Shown piece after piece: positions 1-11,400 of a stretch of DNA of 64,000 nucleotides. The notes beneath the pieces were generated by a model. It saw only the letters and a list, made by a program, of their open reading frames with translations. It was not told the DNA's origin and did no database searches. How positions within the stretch are numbered: the stretch's first letter is position 1; every line of letters starts with the position of its first letter. Source of the stretch: an uncultured delta proteobacterium. Lineage in GTDB: Bacteria; Myxococcota; Myxococcia; Myxococcales; Myxococcaceae. The stretch spans positions 32,001 through 96,000 of the forward strand of contig CAVZMH010000007.1 in assembly GCA_963776345.1 (NCBI GenBank), in the 5' to 3' direction. The position numbers and the translations under genes were made by a program.

Positions 1-818
1 AACTTGCGGATCAGGGTCACCTCCGAGGTCTTGGCCTCGAAGTGCGGGCCGCCGTCGAACGGGTCCACCCGCTCGACGTAGCGGAAGCCGATCCGTTCCA
101 GCATCCGCTGCACCCCGCGGGTCTGCGGGCCCACCTCCCCGAGGATCTTCTGCGCGCGCTCGGGGAACAGCGTCACGAAGATGTCCGAGGAGGGGAAGAG
201 CTCCTTGATGAACTCCTTGTTCTGCCGGCTGAGCTTGTCCGCCTCGGAGTAGGTGAGGCCGGTGAACTTCTTTCCCACCTGTTCCCAGAGCAGGCTGCGG
301 CCGTCGGGGAGGAGCGGCGGCATCAGCTCGGCCAGCACCCGGTCGCGGAAGCTCGGCCGGTGCATCGCCAGGTAGAGGAAGCGCACGTACGAGAGCTGCT
401 TGCCCGGCTTGTCCGGGCCGCTCCGGTGCAGCGGGTCCACCACCAGCCCGCCGATCTCCGTCGGGCCCTCGTAGTTGTAGGCGATGGACAGCACCTTGTG
501 GCGGAAGTGCCGGTCGATGCTCGCCGAGTAGTGCTCTCGCTCGCTGACCTCGTAGTAGATGTGCGGCGCGTCGTAGGTCCCGTGCTGGGCGATGACCATG
601 CTGGTGCCGATGACGGCGCCGGTGCGCGGCTCCTCGAGGACGAAGAGGTACTCGCGCTCGAAGGGGTTCTTCAGCTTCCCGGCGAAGCTCCGGATCGACA
701 GGTCGATCAGCTTCTCCAGCGTCTCCTCGTCGTTGGGCAGGTTGACGGTGTTCAGCACCGCCGCCAGGCGCTTGAGGTGCGGGAGATCGCCCTTCTGGAC
801 GTCGCGGAGCAGGAGCAT
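1..818 (-). CDS. astA: Arginine N-succinyltransferase (3' end runs off the window)
   Basis: Not in the ORF track. Manual translation from ATG at 818 gives MLLLRDVQKGDLPHLKRLAAVLNTVNLPNDEETL...YEGPTEIGGLVVDP...LAELMPP...VDPFDGGPHFEA, with typical AstA motifs (LP, TEIGGL, DPFDGGP). Confidence 0.85.
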   Translation of the reverse strand, partial: MLLLRDVQKGDLPHLKRLAAVLNTVNLPNDEETLEKLIDLSIRSFAGKLKNPFEREYLFVLEEPRTGAVIGTSMVIAQHGTYDAPHIYYEVSEREHYSASIDRHFRHKVLSIAYNYEGPTEIGGLVVDPLHRSGPDKPGKQLSYVRFLYLAMHRPSFRDRVLAELMPPLLPDGRSLLWEQVGKKFTGLTYSEADKLSRQNKEFIKELFPSSDIFVTLFPERAQKILGEVGPQTRGVQRMLERIGFRYVERVDPFDGGPHFEAKTSEVTLIRK

Positions 819-1037
819 CGGGGAGGCTCCCCTGTACCACAGCCCGCGAAGGCCACCGCGAGGCGGCCTGGTCCGAGAAACCGACGACCGACCGGCCGGG
901 CGGCACGTGGACCCTGCCGAAGGTTGGGCTCCGATCTCGGTTGGACCGGCGTCGCCACGTCGCTCGACGGATCGCGGTCGCGGCGGCCCGGCTCGGCCTG
1001 CTCAGGGGTGGACGCGGGGCCCCAGGCCCGGCGCAAA

Positions 1038-1155
1038 CGTGGACATAGCTCCTTCGGAGAGGACGGCTGCGACCACGCGCGGCCAAGAGCCCGGAATGAC
1101 GAGAGCGGGACCGGATGCGTGTGCCCCGCGGGAGCACGAAGTTGCTATGTCCACG
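1038..1155. repeat. Inverted-repeat element, copy 1 (19-bp arms, 17/19 complementary, 80-bp spacer)
   Basis: Left arm CGTGGACATAGCTCCTTCG at 1038-1056, right arm CGAAGTTGCTATGTCCACG at 1137-1155. The same arm sequence recurs at 28417-28559. Confidence 0.9.
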
Positions 1156-1270
1156 CACCGGCCCGCGCTGCTCGGCCGGGCGGGGCCCTCCGGTGTCCGC
1201 CAGGGGAGGGCGGCTGATCGGTGAGCACTGTGCTCGTCCGACGCCCGCCGGTTGATGGACTCTCCGCCTC

Positions 1271-2167
1271 ATGCGCTCCGTTCCCCTCCTCCTCGTGGAC
1301 GCCTTCACCGACCGGCCCTTCGCCGGAAACGCCTGCGCCGTGGTCCTCGACGCCGGCGGGCTCTCCTCCGAGCTCATGCAGGCCATCGCCCGCGAGATGA
1401 ACCAGAGCGAGACCGCGTTCGTCCTCGGCGGGAGCGGGACCCGGTTCGACGTGCGCTACTACACCCCCGGCGAGGAGATTCCCCTCGCCGGACATCCGAC
1501 CATCGCCACCACAGCCGCGCTCGCCGACGCCGGGAGGCTCGTGCCCACGGGGGCGCGCACCGAGGTCACCTTCGCGCTCCGGGACGGGCCCATCTCCATC
1601 GCCTTCGAGCGGCCGGGCTCGGGTCTCCCGCGGGTGGTGATGACCCAGCGCCGCCCCGAGTTCCGGCAGGTCCTCGACCGCGCAGCGACCGCGCGCATCT
1701 TCGGGCTGCAGCCGTCGGACCTTCGCACCGACGCGCCGGTCCAGGTGGTCAGCACCGGAACGCCGCAGCTCATGATTCCCATCGCCTCCCTGGACGCGCT
1801 CCGGCGCGCACGGGTGGACGTCCCCGGGTACGTCGCCCTCCGCGCGAACGAGCGCTTCTTCAGCGTGCACCTGTTCGTCGTGGAGGGAGCGACGCCGCGG
1901 GGGCGCACCTTCGCCAGGCACTTCGGCGTCCCTCCGGACCACAGCGAGGATCCAGTCACCGGCTCGGCCACGGGCGGGATGGGCGCGTACCTGTTCCACC
2001 ACGGCCTCGTCCGGGAGCGCGACTTCGTCGCCGAGCAGGGCCATTGGATGGGCCGGCCCGGAACGGTCGAGGTGCACGTCGAGGGGACGCCGGAGGACGT
2101 TCGCTCGGTCTCGGTGGCCGGCACCGCAGTCGTCGTGGTCCGTGGCTCACTCGAGCTCCCGGGGTGA
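1271..2167 (+). CDS. PhzF-family phenazine biosynthesis-like isomerase/epimerase
   Basis: Motifs VDAFTDRPFAGN, EMNQSETAF, EIPLAGHPT, EDPVTGSA, EQG. Confidence 0.92.
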   Translation: MRSVPLLLVDAFTDRPFAGNACAVVLDAGGLSSELMQAIAREMNQSETAFVLGGSGTRFDVRYYTPGEEIPLAGHPTIATTAALADAGRLVPTGARTEVTFALRDGPISIAFERPGSGLPRVVMTQRRPEFRQVLDRAATARIFGLQPSDLRTDAPVQVVSTGTPQLMIPIASLDALRRARVDVPGYVALRANERFFSVHLFVVEGATPRGRTFARHFGVPPDHSEDPVTGSATGGMGAYLFHHGLVRERDFVAEQGHWMGRPGTVEVHVEGTPEDVRSVSVAGTAVVVVRGSLELPG

Positions 2168-2246
2168 GCTGCTGACCCGCACGGTGGACGGCCCGCGCCG
2201 GTCGATGTCAGGGTGAGCCGGCGATGTTCGAGGGCAAGCCGGATCG

Positions 2247-2885
2247 ATGAACGCAGCGCTCGATCATCTGGTCATCGCGGCCGAGTCGATCGAGGTGCCC
2301 GCTCTCGAGCGCGCGCTCGGGGTTCCGCTCTCGGGCGGCGGCAAGCACGTGAGGATGGGCACCCACAACCGGGTCCTGCGCGTGGACGCCCGCGCGTACC
2401 TCGAGGTCCTCGCGATCGATCCGCAGGGCTCGCAGCCTGGCCGACCGCGCTGGTTCGGCCTGGACGCGGCGGCGACGCGCGCGTTGCTCGCCGACGGACC
2501 TCGGCTGATCCACTGGGTCGTCCGCGTGGACACGACCGAGCTCCCGCCGCTCCCGTTCGACGTCGGCCCCTGGGAGGCGTTCCAGCGCGGAGACCTCTCC
2601 TGGAAGCTCACCGTTCGAGCCGACGGCGCACTGCCGGCCGACGGCGTCGTCCCGAGCCTCATCTGCTGGGAGGGGGCCGCCCATCCCGCGGCGCGCCTCC
2701 CGGACGCTGGTGTGACGCTCGAGGGCCTGGAGCTGGAGCATCCGCGCGCCGACGACGTTCGGCGGCAGCTCGAGCTGCTCGGTCTTCCGTACCCATGCGC
2801 GCCGGGGCCTCTGCCGCGGCTCACGGTGCACCTCCGGACGCCGGCGGGTCCGACCACGCTCCGCAGCACCGATCCGGTCCGCTGA
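2247..2885 (+). CDS. VOC/glyoxalase-like family protein
   Basis: Motifs LDHLVI, GGKHVRMGTHN, YLEVLAIDP, PSLICW. Confidence 0.85.
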   Translation: MNAALDHLVIAAESIEVPALERALGVPLSGGGKHVRMGTHNRVLRVDARAYLEVLAIDPQGSQPGRPRWFGLDAAATRALLADGPRLIHWVVRVDTTELPPLPFDVGPWEAFQRGDLSWKLTVRADGALPADGVVPSLICWEGAAHPAARLPDAGVTLEGLELEHPRADDVRRQLELLGLPYPCAPGPLPRLTVHLRTPAGPTTLRSTDPVR

Positions 2886-3007
2886 TCCGCCAGGAGCCCT
2901 CCGGAACTGTGCCAGCAGGCCGGGTCGTGCGGCCGCATGAGGGGGGTCCCGCCACCGACCCCGGAGGCGAAGCGCTGCCATGCGGGCAGCGAAACAGGGA
3001 AATCACG

Positions 3008-3877
3008 ATGGGGCTGAGGCTGAAGTTCAATCTGGTGCTGGTCCTGGTCTTCGCCGTGGGCCTGGCGCTGTCGGGCGCCGTGTCCCGTCACATCCTCGAG
3101 GCGAACGCGCGCGACGAGGTGGTCCGGAACGCCGACCTCATGATGGGCGCAGCGCTCGCGGTGCGCGGCTACACCAACAAGCAGATCACGCCGCAGCTCG
3201 AGCTGCAGCTGATGCGAACGTTCCTCCCCCAGGCGCTGCCGGCATACGCAGCGACGGAGACCTTCAACGCGCTTCGTGAGCACCACCCGGAGTACTCCTA
3301 CAAGGAGGCCGTGCTCAACCCGACCAACCCCCGCGACAAGGCCCACGAGTGGGAGGCCGCCCTCATCGAGCAGTTCCGGAACGACACCCACCTGACCGAG
3401 TTCCGGGGCGCCCGGGAGACTCCGTTCGGGAAATCCCTCTACCTGGCCCGGCCGATCAGGATCAAGGACCAGTCCTGCCTCATGTGCCACAGCACTCCGG
3501 ACGCCGCGCCCAGGTCGATGGTGAAGCTCTACGGCGAGGCCAACGGCTTCGGCTGGAAGGACCAGGAGATCGTCGGCGCGCAGATCGTCTCGGTGCCGAT
3601 GACGGTGCCGCTCGCCAGGGCCGAGGAGGCCTTCCGGACCTTCATGGTGTCGATGGTCGGGGTCTTCGTGCTCGCCTTCGTCGTCCTCAACGTCGTGCTC
3701 TCGGTGGTCGTTGTCCGGCCCATCATCCGGATGTCACGGGCCGCCGACCGGGTGAGCACCGGCGACTTCGACCTCCCCGAGTTCGCCACGACCGGGAGCG
3801 ACGAGATCGCGGTCCTCGCGACGTCCTTCAACCGGCTCCGGAGGAGCCTGGAGCGAGCGATGACCCTCCTGGAGTAG
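3008..3877 (+). CDS. Tll0287/DUF3365-like heme-c sensor domain plus HAMP membrane protein
   Basis: N-terminal TM segment, PAYAATE and YKEAVLNPTNPRD motifs, CxxCH (CLMCH), second TM, C-terminal HAMP (DEIAVLATSFN). Start moved to the ATG at 3008. Confidence 0.85.
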   Translation: MGLRLKFNLVLVLVFAVGLALSGAVSRHILEANARDEVVRNADLMMGAALAVRGYTNKQITPQLELQLMRTFLPQALPAYAATETFNALREHHPEYSYKEAVLNPTNPRDKAHEWEAALIEQFRNDTHLTEFRGARETPFGKSLYLARPIRIKDQSCLMCHSTPDAAPRSMVKLYGEANGFGWKDQEIVGAQIVSVPMTVPLARAEEAFRTFMVSMVGVFVLAFVVLNVVLSVVVVRPIIRMSRAADRVSTGDFDLPEFATTGSDEIAVLATSFNRLRRSLERAMTLLE

Positions 3878-3890
3878 ACCGACGGACGCG

Positions 3891-4418
3891 ATGTCCGGAC
3901 CCGAGGACCCAGCCAACAGCTTCGAGCCGGCGGCCGAGCTGGTCTACGAGCCGCTCGGTCCCGAGCACGCCGCCGCGCTCTTTCCCCTGCTCGGCGACGC
4001 CCGCGTCTGGGAGCACCTCCAGGGGAGCGACGGCGCGACCGAGGACCAGATGCGCGCCGTCTACGCCCGCCGCGCCGCCGGGCCGGGTCGCCCGGACGAG
4101 CGGTGGATCAATCACGCGGTTCGCCTCCTCGACGGTCCCTACCTCGGACGGGTGGAGGCCACGGTGTACGCCGGGGGCTGGGCGGAGGTCGCCTACGTCT
4201 TCGGCCTGACGCACCGAGGACGCGGGTACGCCCGGGCGGCGGTGCGCTGGCTCCTCGGGCAGATCGGCGTCGACGAGGGCTGGGCGACGACGACGCCGGC
4301 CAATGTGCGCTCGCAGCGGCTGCTCACCGCGCTCGGCTTCCGCGAGACCCCGCCGGCACGTCCGCTCGCGTCGTGGGACCCCGGGGACCTCACCTACAGG
4401 TGGGACCGGCCGCGCTGA
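3891..4418 (+). CDS. GNAT (RimJ/RimL-like) N-acetyltransferase
   Basis: Motifs HRGRGYA (motif A) and NVRSQRLLTALGF. Confidence 0.8.
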   Translation: MSGPEDPANSFEPAAELVYEPLGPEHAAALFPLLGDARVWEHLQGSDGATEDQMRAVYARRAAGPGRPDERWINHAVRLLDGPYLGRVEATVYAGGWAEVAYVFGLTHRGRGYARAAVRWLLGQIGVDEGWATTTPANVRSQRLLTALGFRETPPARPLASWDPGDLTYRWDRPR

Positions 4419-4470
4419 TCCGCCGGTCTTTCCTGGCCGCCGCCACTCTGGCAGGGTGCCCGAAGCGATC

Positions 4471-5526
4471 ATGGCTCGTCTGAAGGCAGTCCTCATCGGC
4501 GGCACCGGGTACGGCGGCGCGGAGATCCTCCGCCGGCTCCTCTTCCACCCCCAGGTCGAGGTCGCGCGGGTCACCGCGGCGGACAACATCGGCAAGAAGG
4601 TGGGCGACGTTCACTTCAGCCTCGCCGGGCTGACGGACCTCACCTTCCAGGAGCTCGCCCCCGAGCAGGCCGTGGCCGGCATGGACGTGGCGTTCCTCGC
4701 CATGCCGCACAAGACGACCGCCAGGGTCGTCCAGGCGATCCTCGGGTCGGGCGTCCGGATCGTCGACCTCTCCGGCGACTTCCGGCTGCGCGACCCGGCG
4801 GCCTACGAGCGCTACTACGGCGTCGCCCATCCATCGCCAAGGTCGCTGACCGACGGCGTCTTCACCTACGCGATGCCCGAGGTGAACCGCGCGGCGATCG
4901 CCAGGGCGAAGTACCTCGCCTCGCCAGGCTGCTTCGCGACCACCATCGCCCTCGGCCTCCTCCCGCTGGCGCGCGCCGGGATGCTCGCCGGCCCGGTGCA
5001 CACCGTGGCGGCGACCGGCAGCTCGGGCTCGGGCGCGAACCCTCAGCTCACCACCCACCACCCGCTCCGCGCGGTGAACCTCCGCACGTACAAGCCGCTC
5101 GACCACCAGCACATCCCCGAGATCCTCCAGACGCTCCACGGCGCCGGCGGACGTGACCTGGCGCTGGAGTTCGTCCCGGTCTCGGCTCCGCTCCCCCGCG
5201 GCATCTTCGCCACCAGCTTCGTCGACGTCCCCGCGTCCACCACCGCCGAGCAGCTCCACGAAGCGTGGGCGCGCTGCTACGCCGGCGAGCCGTTCGTCCG
5301 GGTGGTGCAGGGGCGGCAGCCGGAGGTGGTCGCGGTCTCGGGCGGCAACTACGTCGAGGTGGGCTTCACCCTCGGCGCCCCCACCGGCTCCACCCGGCGG
5401 GTGGTGTGCTTCAGCGCCCTCGACAACCTGGTGAAGGGCGGCGCCGGACAGGCGATCCAGGCCTTCAACGTGATGATGGGCTTCGACGAGACGCTCACCC
5501 TCAAGGAGCCGGGGCTCTGGCCGTGA
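4471..5526 (+). CDS. argC: N-acetyl-gamma-glutamyl-phosphate reductase
   Basis: Motifs GGTGYGG, DLSGDFRL, ASPGCFAT, GSSGSG, LDNLVKGGAGQA. Confidence 0.95.
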   Translation: MARLKAVLIGGTGYGGAEILRRLLFHPQVEVARVTAADNIGKKVGDVHFSLAGLTDLTFQELAPEQAVAGMDVAFLAMPHKTTARVVQAILGSGVRIVDLSGDFRLRDPAAYERYYGVAHPSPRSLTDGVFTYAMPEVNRAAIARAKYLASPGCFATTIALGLLPLARAGMLAGPVHTVAATGSSGSGANPQLTTHHPLRAVNLRTYKPLDHQHIPEILQTLHGAGGRDLALEFVPVSAPLPRGIFATSFVDVPASTTAEQLHEAWARCYAGEPFVRVVQGRQPEVVAVSGGNYVEVGFTLGAPTGSTRRVVCFSALDNLVKGGAGQAIQAFNVMMGFDETLTLKEPGLWP

Positions 5527-6368
5527 GCGCGCTCTCCGACTTCGCAGGGCGGTGGTTCGTGGTGAAGGTGGGCGGCGAGCTGGCCGCGGACCGCACCCGC
5601 CTCGCCGGGAGCGTCGGGGCCGCGGTCGGCGAGTTCCTCGCCGCCGGCATCCGGGTCGCGGTGGTCCACGGCGGAGGCCCCCAGGCCACGCAGCTCGGGC
5701 GGCGACTCGGGCTCGAGCCGACCATCGTCGGGGGCCGCCGGGTCACCGATCCCGAGACGCTCGAGGTGATGAAGATGACCCTCGCCGGTCAGGTCTCGGT
5801 CGACGTCGCCGCGGCGATGCGCCTGGCCGAGGTGCCGGCGCTGTGCACCACCGGGGTGTCGGCCGGGCTGATCGATGCCGTCCGCCGCGGGCCGAAGGTC
5901 ATCACCGGTGCGGGACCGGATCCGGTGGACCTCGGGCTGGTCGGGGACATCGTCGCGGTGAACACCGCCGCGCTCAAGCTCATCGCCGACGCAGGATTCG
6001 TCCCGGTCCTCGGCTCGCTCGGCGGGGATGCCGGGGGAAACGTCTTCAACATCAACGCGGACACGGTCGCCAGCCGGGTCGCCGCGAGTCTCGGGGCGGC
6101 GAAGCTGTTCCTGGTCTCCAATGTCCCGGGCGTGCTCCGGGACAAGAACGATCCGTCGACCCGCATGCCGCGCCTCACCGCGGCCGAGGCACGGGAGCAG
6201 ATGGCCTCCGGCATCATCTCCGGGGGGATGATCCCCAAGGTGGAAGAGTCGCTGGCGATGCTCGACGAGGGCATCGAGGCGATCCACATCGTGGGCATCG
6301 ATCCGCCGACGTCGATCCTCGACGAGGCCCGCGAGCCGGGGAGCCGCGGCACCGCCTTCGTCCGCTGA
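5523..6368 (+). CDS. argB: Acetylglutamate kinase
   Basis: Motifs VVKVGG, VHGGGPQ, GRRVTD, NINADT, GGMIPKV. GTGA overlap with the argC stop. Confidence 0.93.
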   Translation: MSALSDFAGRWFVVKVGGELAADRTRLAGSVGAAVGEFLAAGIRVAVVHGGGPQATQLGRRLGLEPTIVGGRRVTDPETLEVMKMTLAGQVSVDVAAAMRLAEVPALCTTGVSAGLIDAVRRGPKVITGAGPDPVDLGLVGDIVAVNTAALKLIADAGFVPVLGSLGGDAGGNVFNINADTVASRVAASLGAAKLFLVSNVPGVLRDKNDPSTRMPRLTAAEAREQMASGIISGGMIPKVEESLAMLDEGIEAIHIVGIDPPTSILDEAREPGSRGTAFVR

Positions 6369-6390
6369 GCCGGGCGCAGCAGGGCGTCCG

Positions 6391-6581
6391 TCAGCCGCTG
6401 CCGGGCTTCTGCCGCCGCGGCCGCGGGACCAGCTCGCCGCCGCAGTTCGGGCACACGCCCTTCATCGCCTCGGTGCACGGCGACGCAGAACGTGCACTCG
6501 AAGCTGCAGATCCGCGCCGGTCCATCGGGCGTCGAGCGCCGCGCCACAGCGCTCGCACACCGCCCGCATCTCGAGCGCCAC
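6391..6581 (-). pseudogene. DUF1272-like small Cys-rich protein with two +1 frameshifts (pseudogene or sequencing error)
   Basis: Removing two single G insertions gives MALEMRAVCERCGAALTPDGPARICSFECTFCVACTEAMKGVCPNCGGELVPRPRRQKPGSG*. A GGAGG RBS precedes the GTG. Confidence 0.8.
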
Positions 6582-6591
6582 GGCCCGCCTC

Positions 6592-8298
<1,707 letters not shown>

Positions 8299-8438
8299 GG
8301 CCGGGCCGGAACGTTAGCAGCCAGACGGTCTCTCCTTCACTGTCGTCCGCCTGCCTACCCGGGCGGCCGATCGACCCCGAAACGCCCCTTTCTTGGGGTG
8401 CCTCGGGGTGGGTGGTACCGTCGCCGACCGCACCTTTC

Positions 8439-11400
8439 ATGGCTTCCGAGGACACGTCCGGAGGCTCGGCCCCGCCCGCTGGAGAAGGTCGGGTTGCCGG
8501 GCCCGAGCTGCGCCTGCTGGACCGGCGTGCATTCGTCGGTTTCCCGCCGGTCGAGCTGCGCCCCGGCATCACCGTCGTCGACTTCGGGCTGCAGATCCCC
8601 GACGTCAGCTTTCCCTTCGACGTCGGCTCGGGCGCCCAGCGCTACCAGCGGCGAAAGCTCCACTTCGGCTTCCTCGAGGTCGCGGTCGACGCCGAGCTGA
8701 TCCGGCGCAGCGTCCTGGAGACCACCGGCCCCTCGCTCGAGGTGTCGGACGTCGCGCTCAACTTCCGGCAGGGCTGGCTCGAGGGCGAGGCGCGGCTGAA
8801 GGGCCCCTCGCCGGCCGGAACCACGTTCAAGGTGGCCTTCGACGCCGACGGGGAGCGGCTCGCCGTCTACCTCTACGACGTCCGGATGTACGGGTACTCG
8901 CCGGTGCCCGCGGCCACCGTTCCGCTGGTGCTGTCGCGGGCGGTGCAGAGCGCCGCCGCGCTGCCCGACCTCGAGCTCCGGGGCGCGAACGGCTTCTCGG
9001 CCCGCGTCCTGCCGCAGCTCGTCACCCTGGCCGCCGTGTCCCGCGGGTTCCGCATGCCGTCCCTCGACGGAGCGCGGCTCGCCGCGGTGGAGGTCTCGCC
9101 CCTGGGGCTCCGGCTCCGGTTCGCCTCCGGGGCGCTGCCTCCCCCGGCGCTGCTCGACGAGGAGCTGCTCCTCACGCTCGAGGGCGCCCGCGCCTTCGGC
9201 GAGGCCGAGGCGCTGGTCGCGGCCGGGAAGCTCGCCGAGGCACGCGAGGCGTACCTGCGCGGCGCCGGGGCCGAGGAGGCGCACCCCTTCGCGCTGGAGC
9301 GGCTGCTCGGCCTGCTGGTCGCCGACCCCGCCTCGCACGAGTACGCGCTCGACGTGGTCGAGACGCTGGCCCGCCGCCGCCCGGGGAGCGCCGCGCCGCT
9401 CTGGGCCGAGGCCATCGTCCGCGAGCGCCGGGGTGAGCCGGCCCGCAGCGCCGAGCGGTGGCTCGCGCTGGTGGAGCTGGCGCGGAAGCGCGGGGACGAC
9501 GCGTCGGCGTTCAACGCCGCCCAGGCCGCGGCCCGCGTCGCCGAGGGTCACGCGCCGCAGATGGCGGTGAGAGCGCTGCACGCCGTCCTCGGCATCCGCC
9601 CGGACCATCTGCCGGCGCTCCGCTCGCTGGCCCGCGCGGCGGATCAGGCGCAGGACCGCGCCGGGGCGCTCCGCGCGTACCGCCGCCTGTCGGCGCTCGC
9701 CCGTGACCCGCTCGAGTCCGCCGAGGCGCACGTCCACCTCGCGCGCCTGTCCGCGCTGAGCGAGGACGACGTCGCCGGCGCCCGGCTCCACTGCGAGGCG
9801 GCGCTCAGGCTCGCGCCGGACCTGCCGCCGGCGCTCGAGCTGCTCGGCGAGCTCTGCGCCCGTGCAGGCGAACCGCTCCGGGCGCTGAAGGCCTTCGACC
9901 GGCTCCGCGACGTGGCGCTCGGGCGGCACGACCTCGGCCTGGTCGGCCGGGCCAACCTCCGCGCCGGCGAGGTCTGGGAGACGGGCCTGAAGCAGCTGGA
10001 CAACGCGCTCCTCCGCTACCGCGAGGCGGTCTCGCTCCTCCCGGGCGACGTGGTGGCGCTGGTGGCGCAGGCCCGCGCCGCCGAGGGGCTGGGCCGGGTC
10101 GCCGAGGCCGTCACCGGCTACCAGCAGGCGGTGGAGCTGGCCGGTCCGTTGCCGACCGACGCCGGCGTTCGTCGCGCCGCCCACGCCGCGCACCACGCCC
10201 TCGCCGCGCTGGCCCAGAGCCGCTTCGCGGACCAGGTCCAGGCCCGCGAGCACTGGGAGGCCGCCCTGGCCCTGGTACCCGACGACGCGAGGGCGCTCGA
10301 GGCGCTGGTCCCGGCCTGGCGCGCGGCGGGAGATCCGGCCGCGCTGGCCCGGGCGCTCGAGCGTGCCGCGCCCACGGCGCAGGATCCGGTCCGCCGGGCC
10401 GCCTTCCTCGCCGAGGCCGGCGAGCTGCACCGCACCCGGCTCGCCGCGCCCGAGAAGGCGGAGGCTCTCCTCGTCCGGGCAATCGACGCCGACCCGAGGA
10501 ACCGCGCCGCGCTGGAGGGCCTGGTGGCGCTGGGAGAGGCCCGGCGCGACGGGCCGCTGCTCGTCCGCTGCCTGTCGACGCTCTCCGAGCTGGCCCGCGA
10601 TGGCGCCGACCGGGCGCGCTTCCTCCGCCGGCTGGCCGTCGCGGCAAAGGACCTCGCCTCGGACCTGGAGGTCGCCGCGCGCGCCCTCTCCGAGGTGCTG
10701 AGGCTCGAGCCCGACGACCTCCTCGCCTGGGGCGAGCTCTGCGCGCTCCAGCGCCGCCGCGCCGACATGCCCGGCCTGGCCACCGCGCTCGCCGCCCGGG
10801 CCCGGGTGGCCGAGGTGCAGGCGGACCCGCGCCTCGCCGCGGGTTGCCTCCGCGAGCTGGCCCAGGTGGAAGAGGCCCGGCTGGGCCGGTTCGGCGAGGC
10901 CCTGGTGGCGCTGGAGAAGGCTGCCCGCCTCGACCCGCGCCCCGAGGTGCTGCTCGAGCTCGCCGACCTCTCGCTTCGCTGCGAGCGTCCGGAGCACGCC
11001 CGCCGCGCGCTGGAGGACGTCCTGGTCACGCTGCCCCGGACCGGCTCGCCGGAGAAGCTCGCCGAGGTGCGCGCCAAGCTCGGCCAGGCCTGCGAGATGA
11101 CCGGCGACCTCGCCGCCGCCGCGGCGCACTACGCCGAGGCGCTGCCCTACCGCCGCGGGGACGACGCCCTCGCCGCGCGGCTCGAGGGGCTCTACGAGAA
11201 GCTCGGCCGCTCGAAGGAGCTGGCCGAGGTGTGGGCGCTCCGGGCGCGGCAGCTGCTCGCCGAGGGACGCACCGAGGCGGCCGCCCCTCTGCTCTTCAAG
11301 GGCGCCCGGGCGCTGCTCGACTCCGGCCAGCGCGACGCCGCGCACCGGCAGCTCTACGCCGCGCTCGAGGTGGCGCCGCGCGGGCTGCTCGCCGGGCAGA

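Noticed and set aside
42..1217. 391-aa plus-strand ORF
   Set aside because: Antisense shadow of astA, which carries clear family motifs on the minus strand.
1271..2167. Phenazine biosynthesis cluster
   Set aside because: A lone PhzF-family gene without phzA/B/D/E/G.
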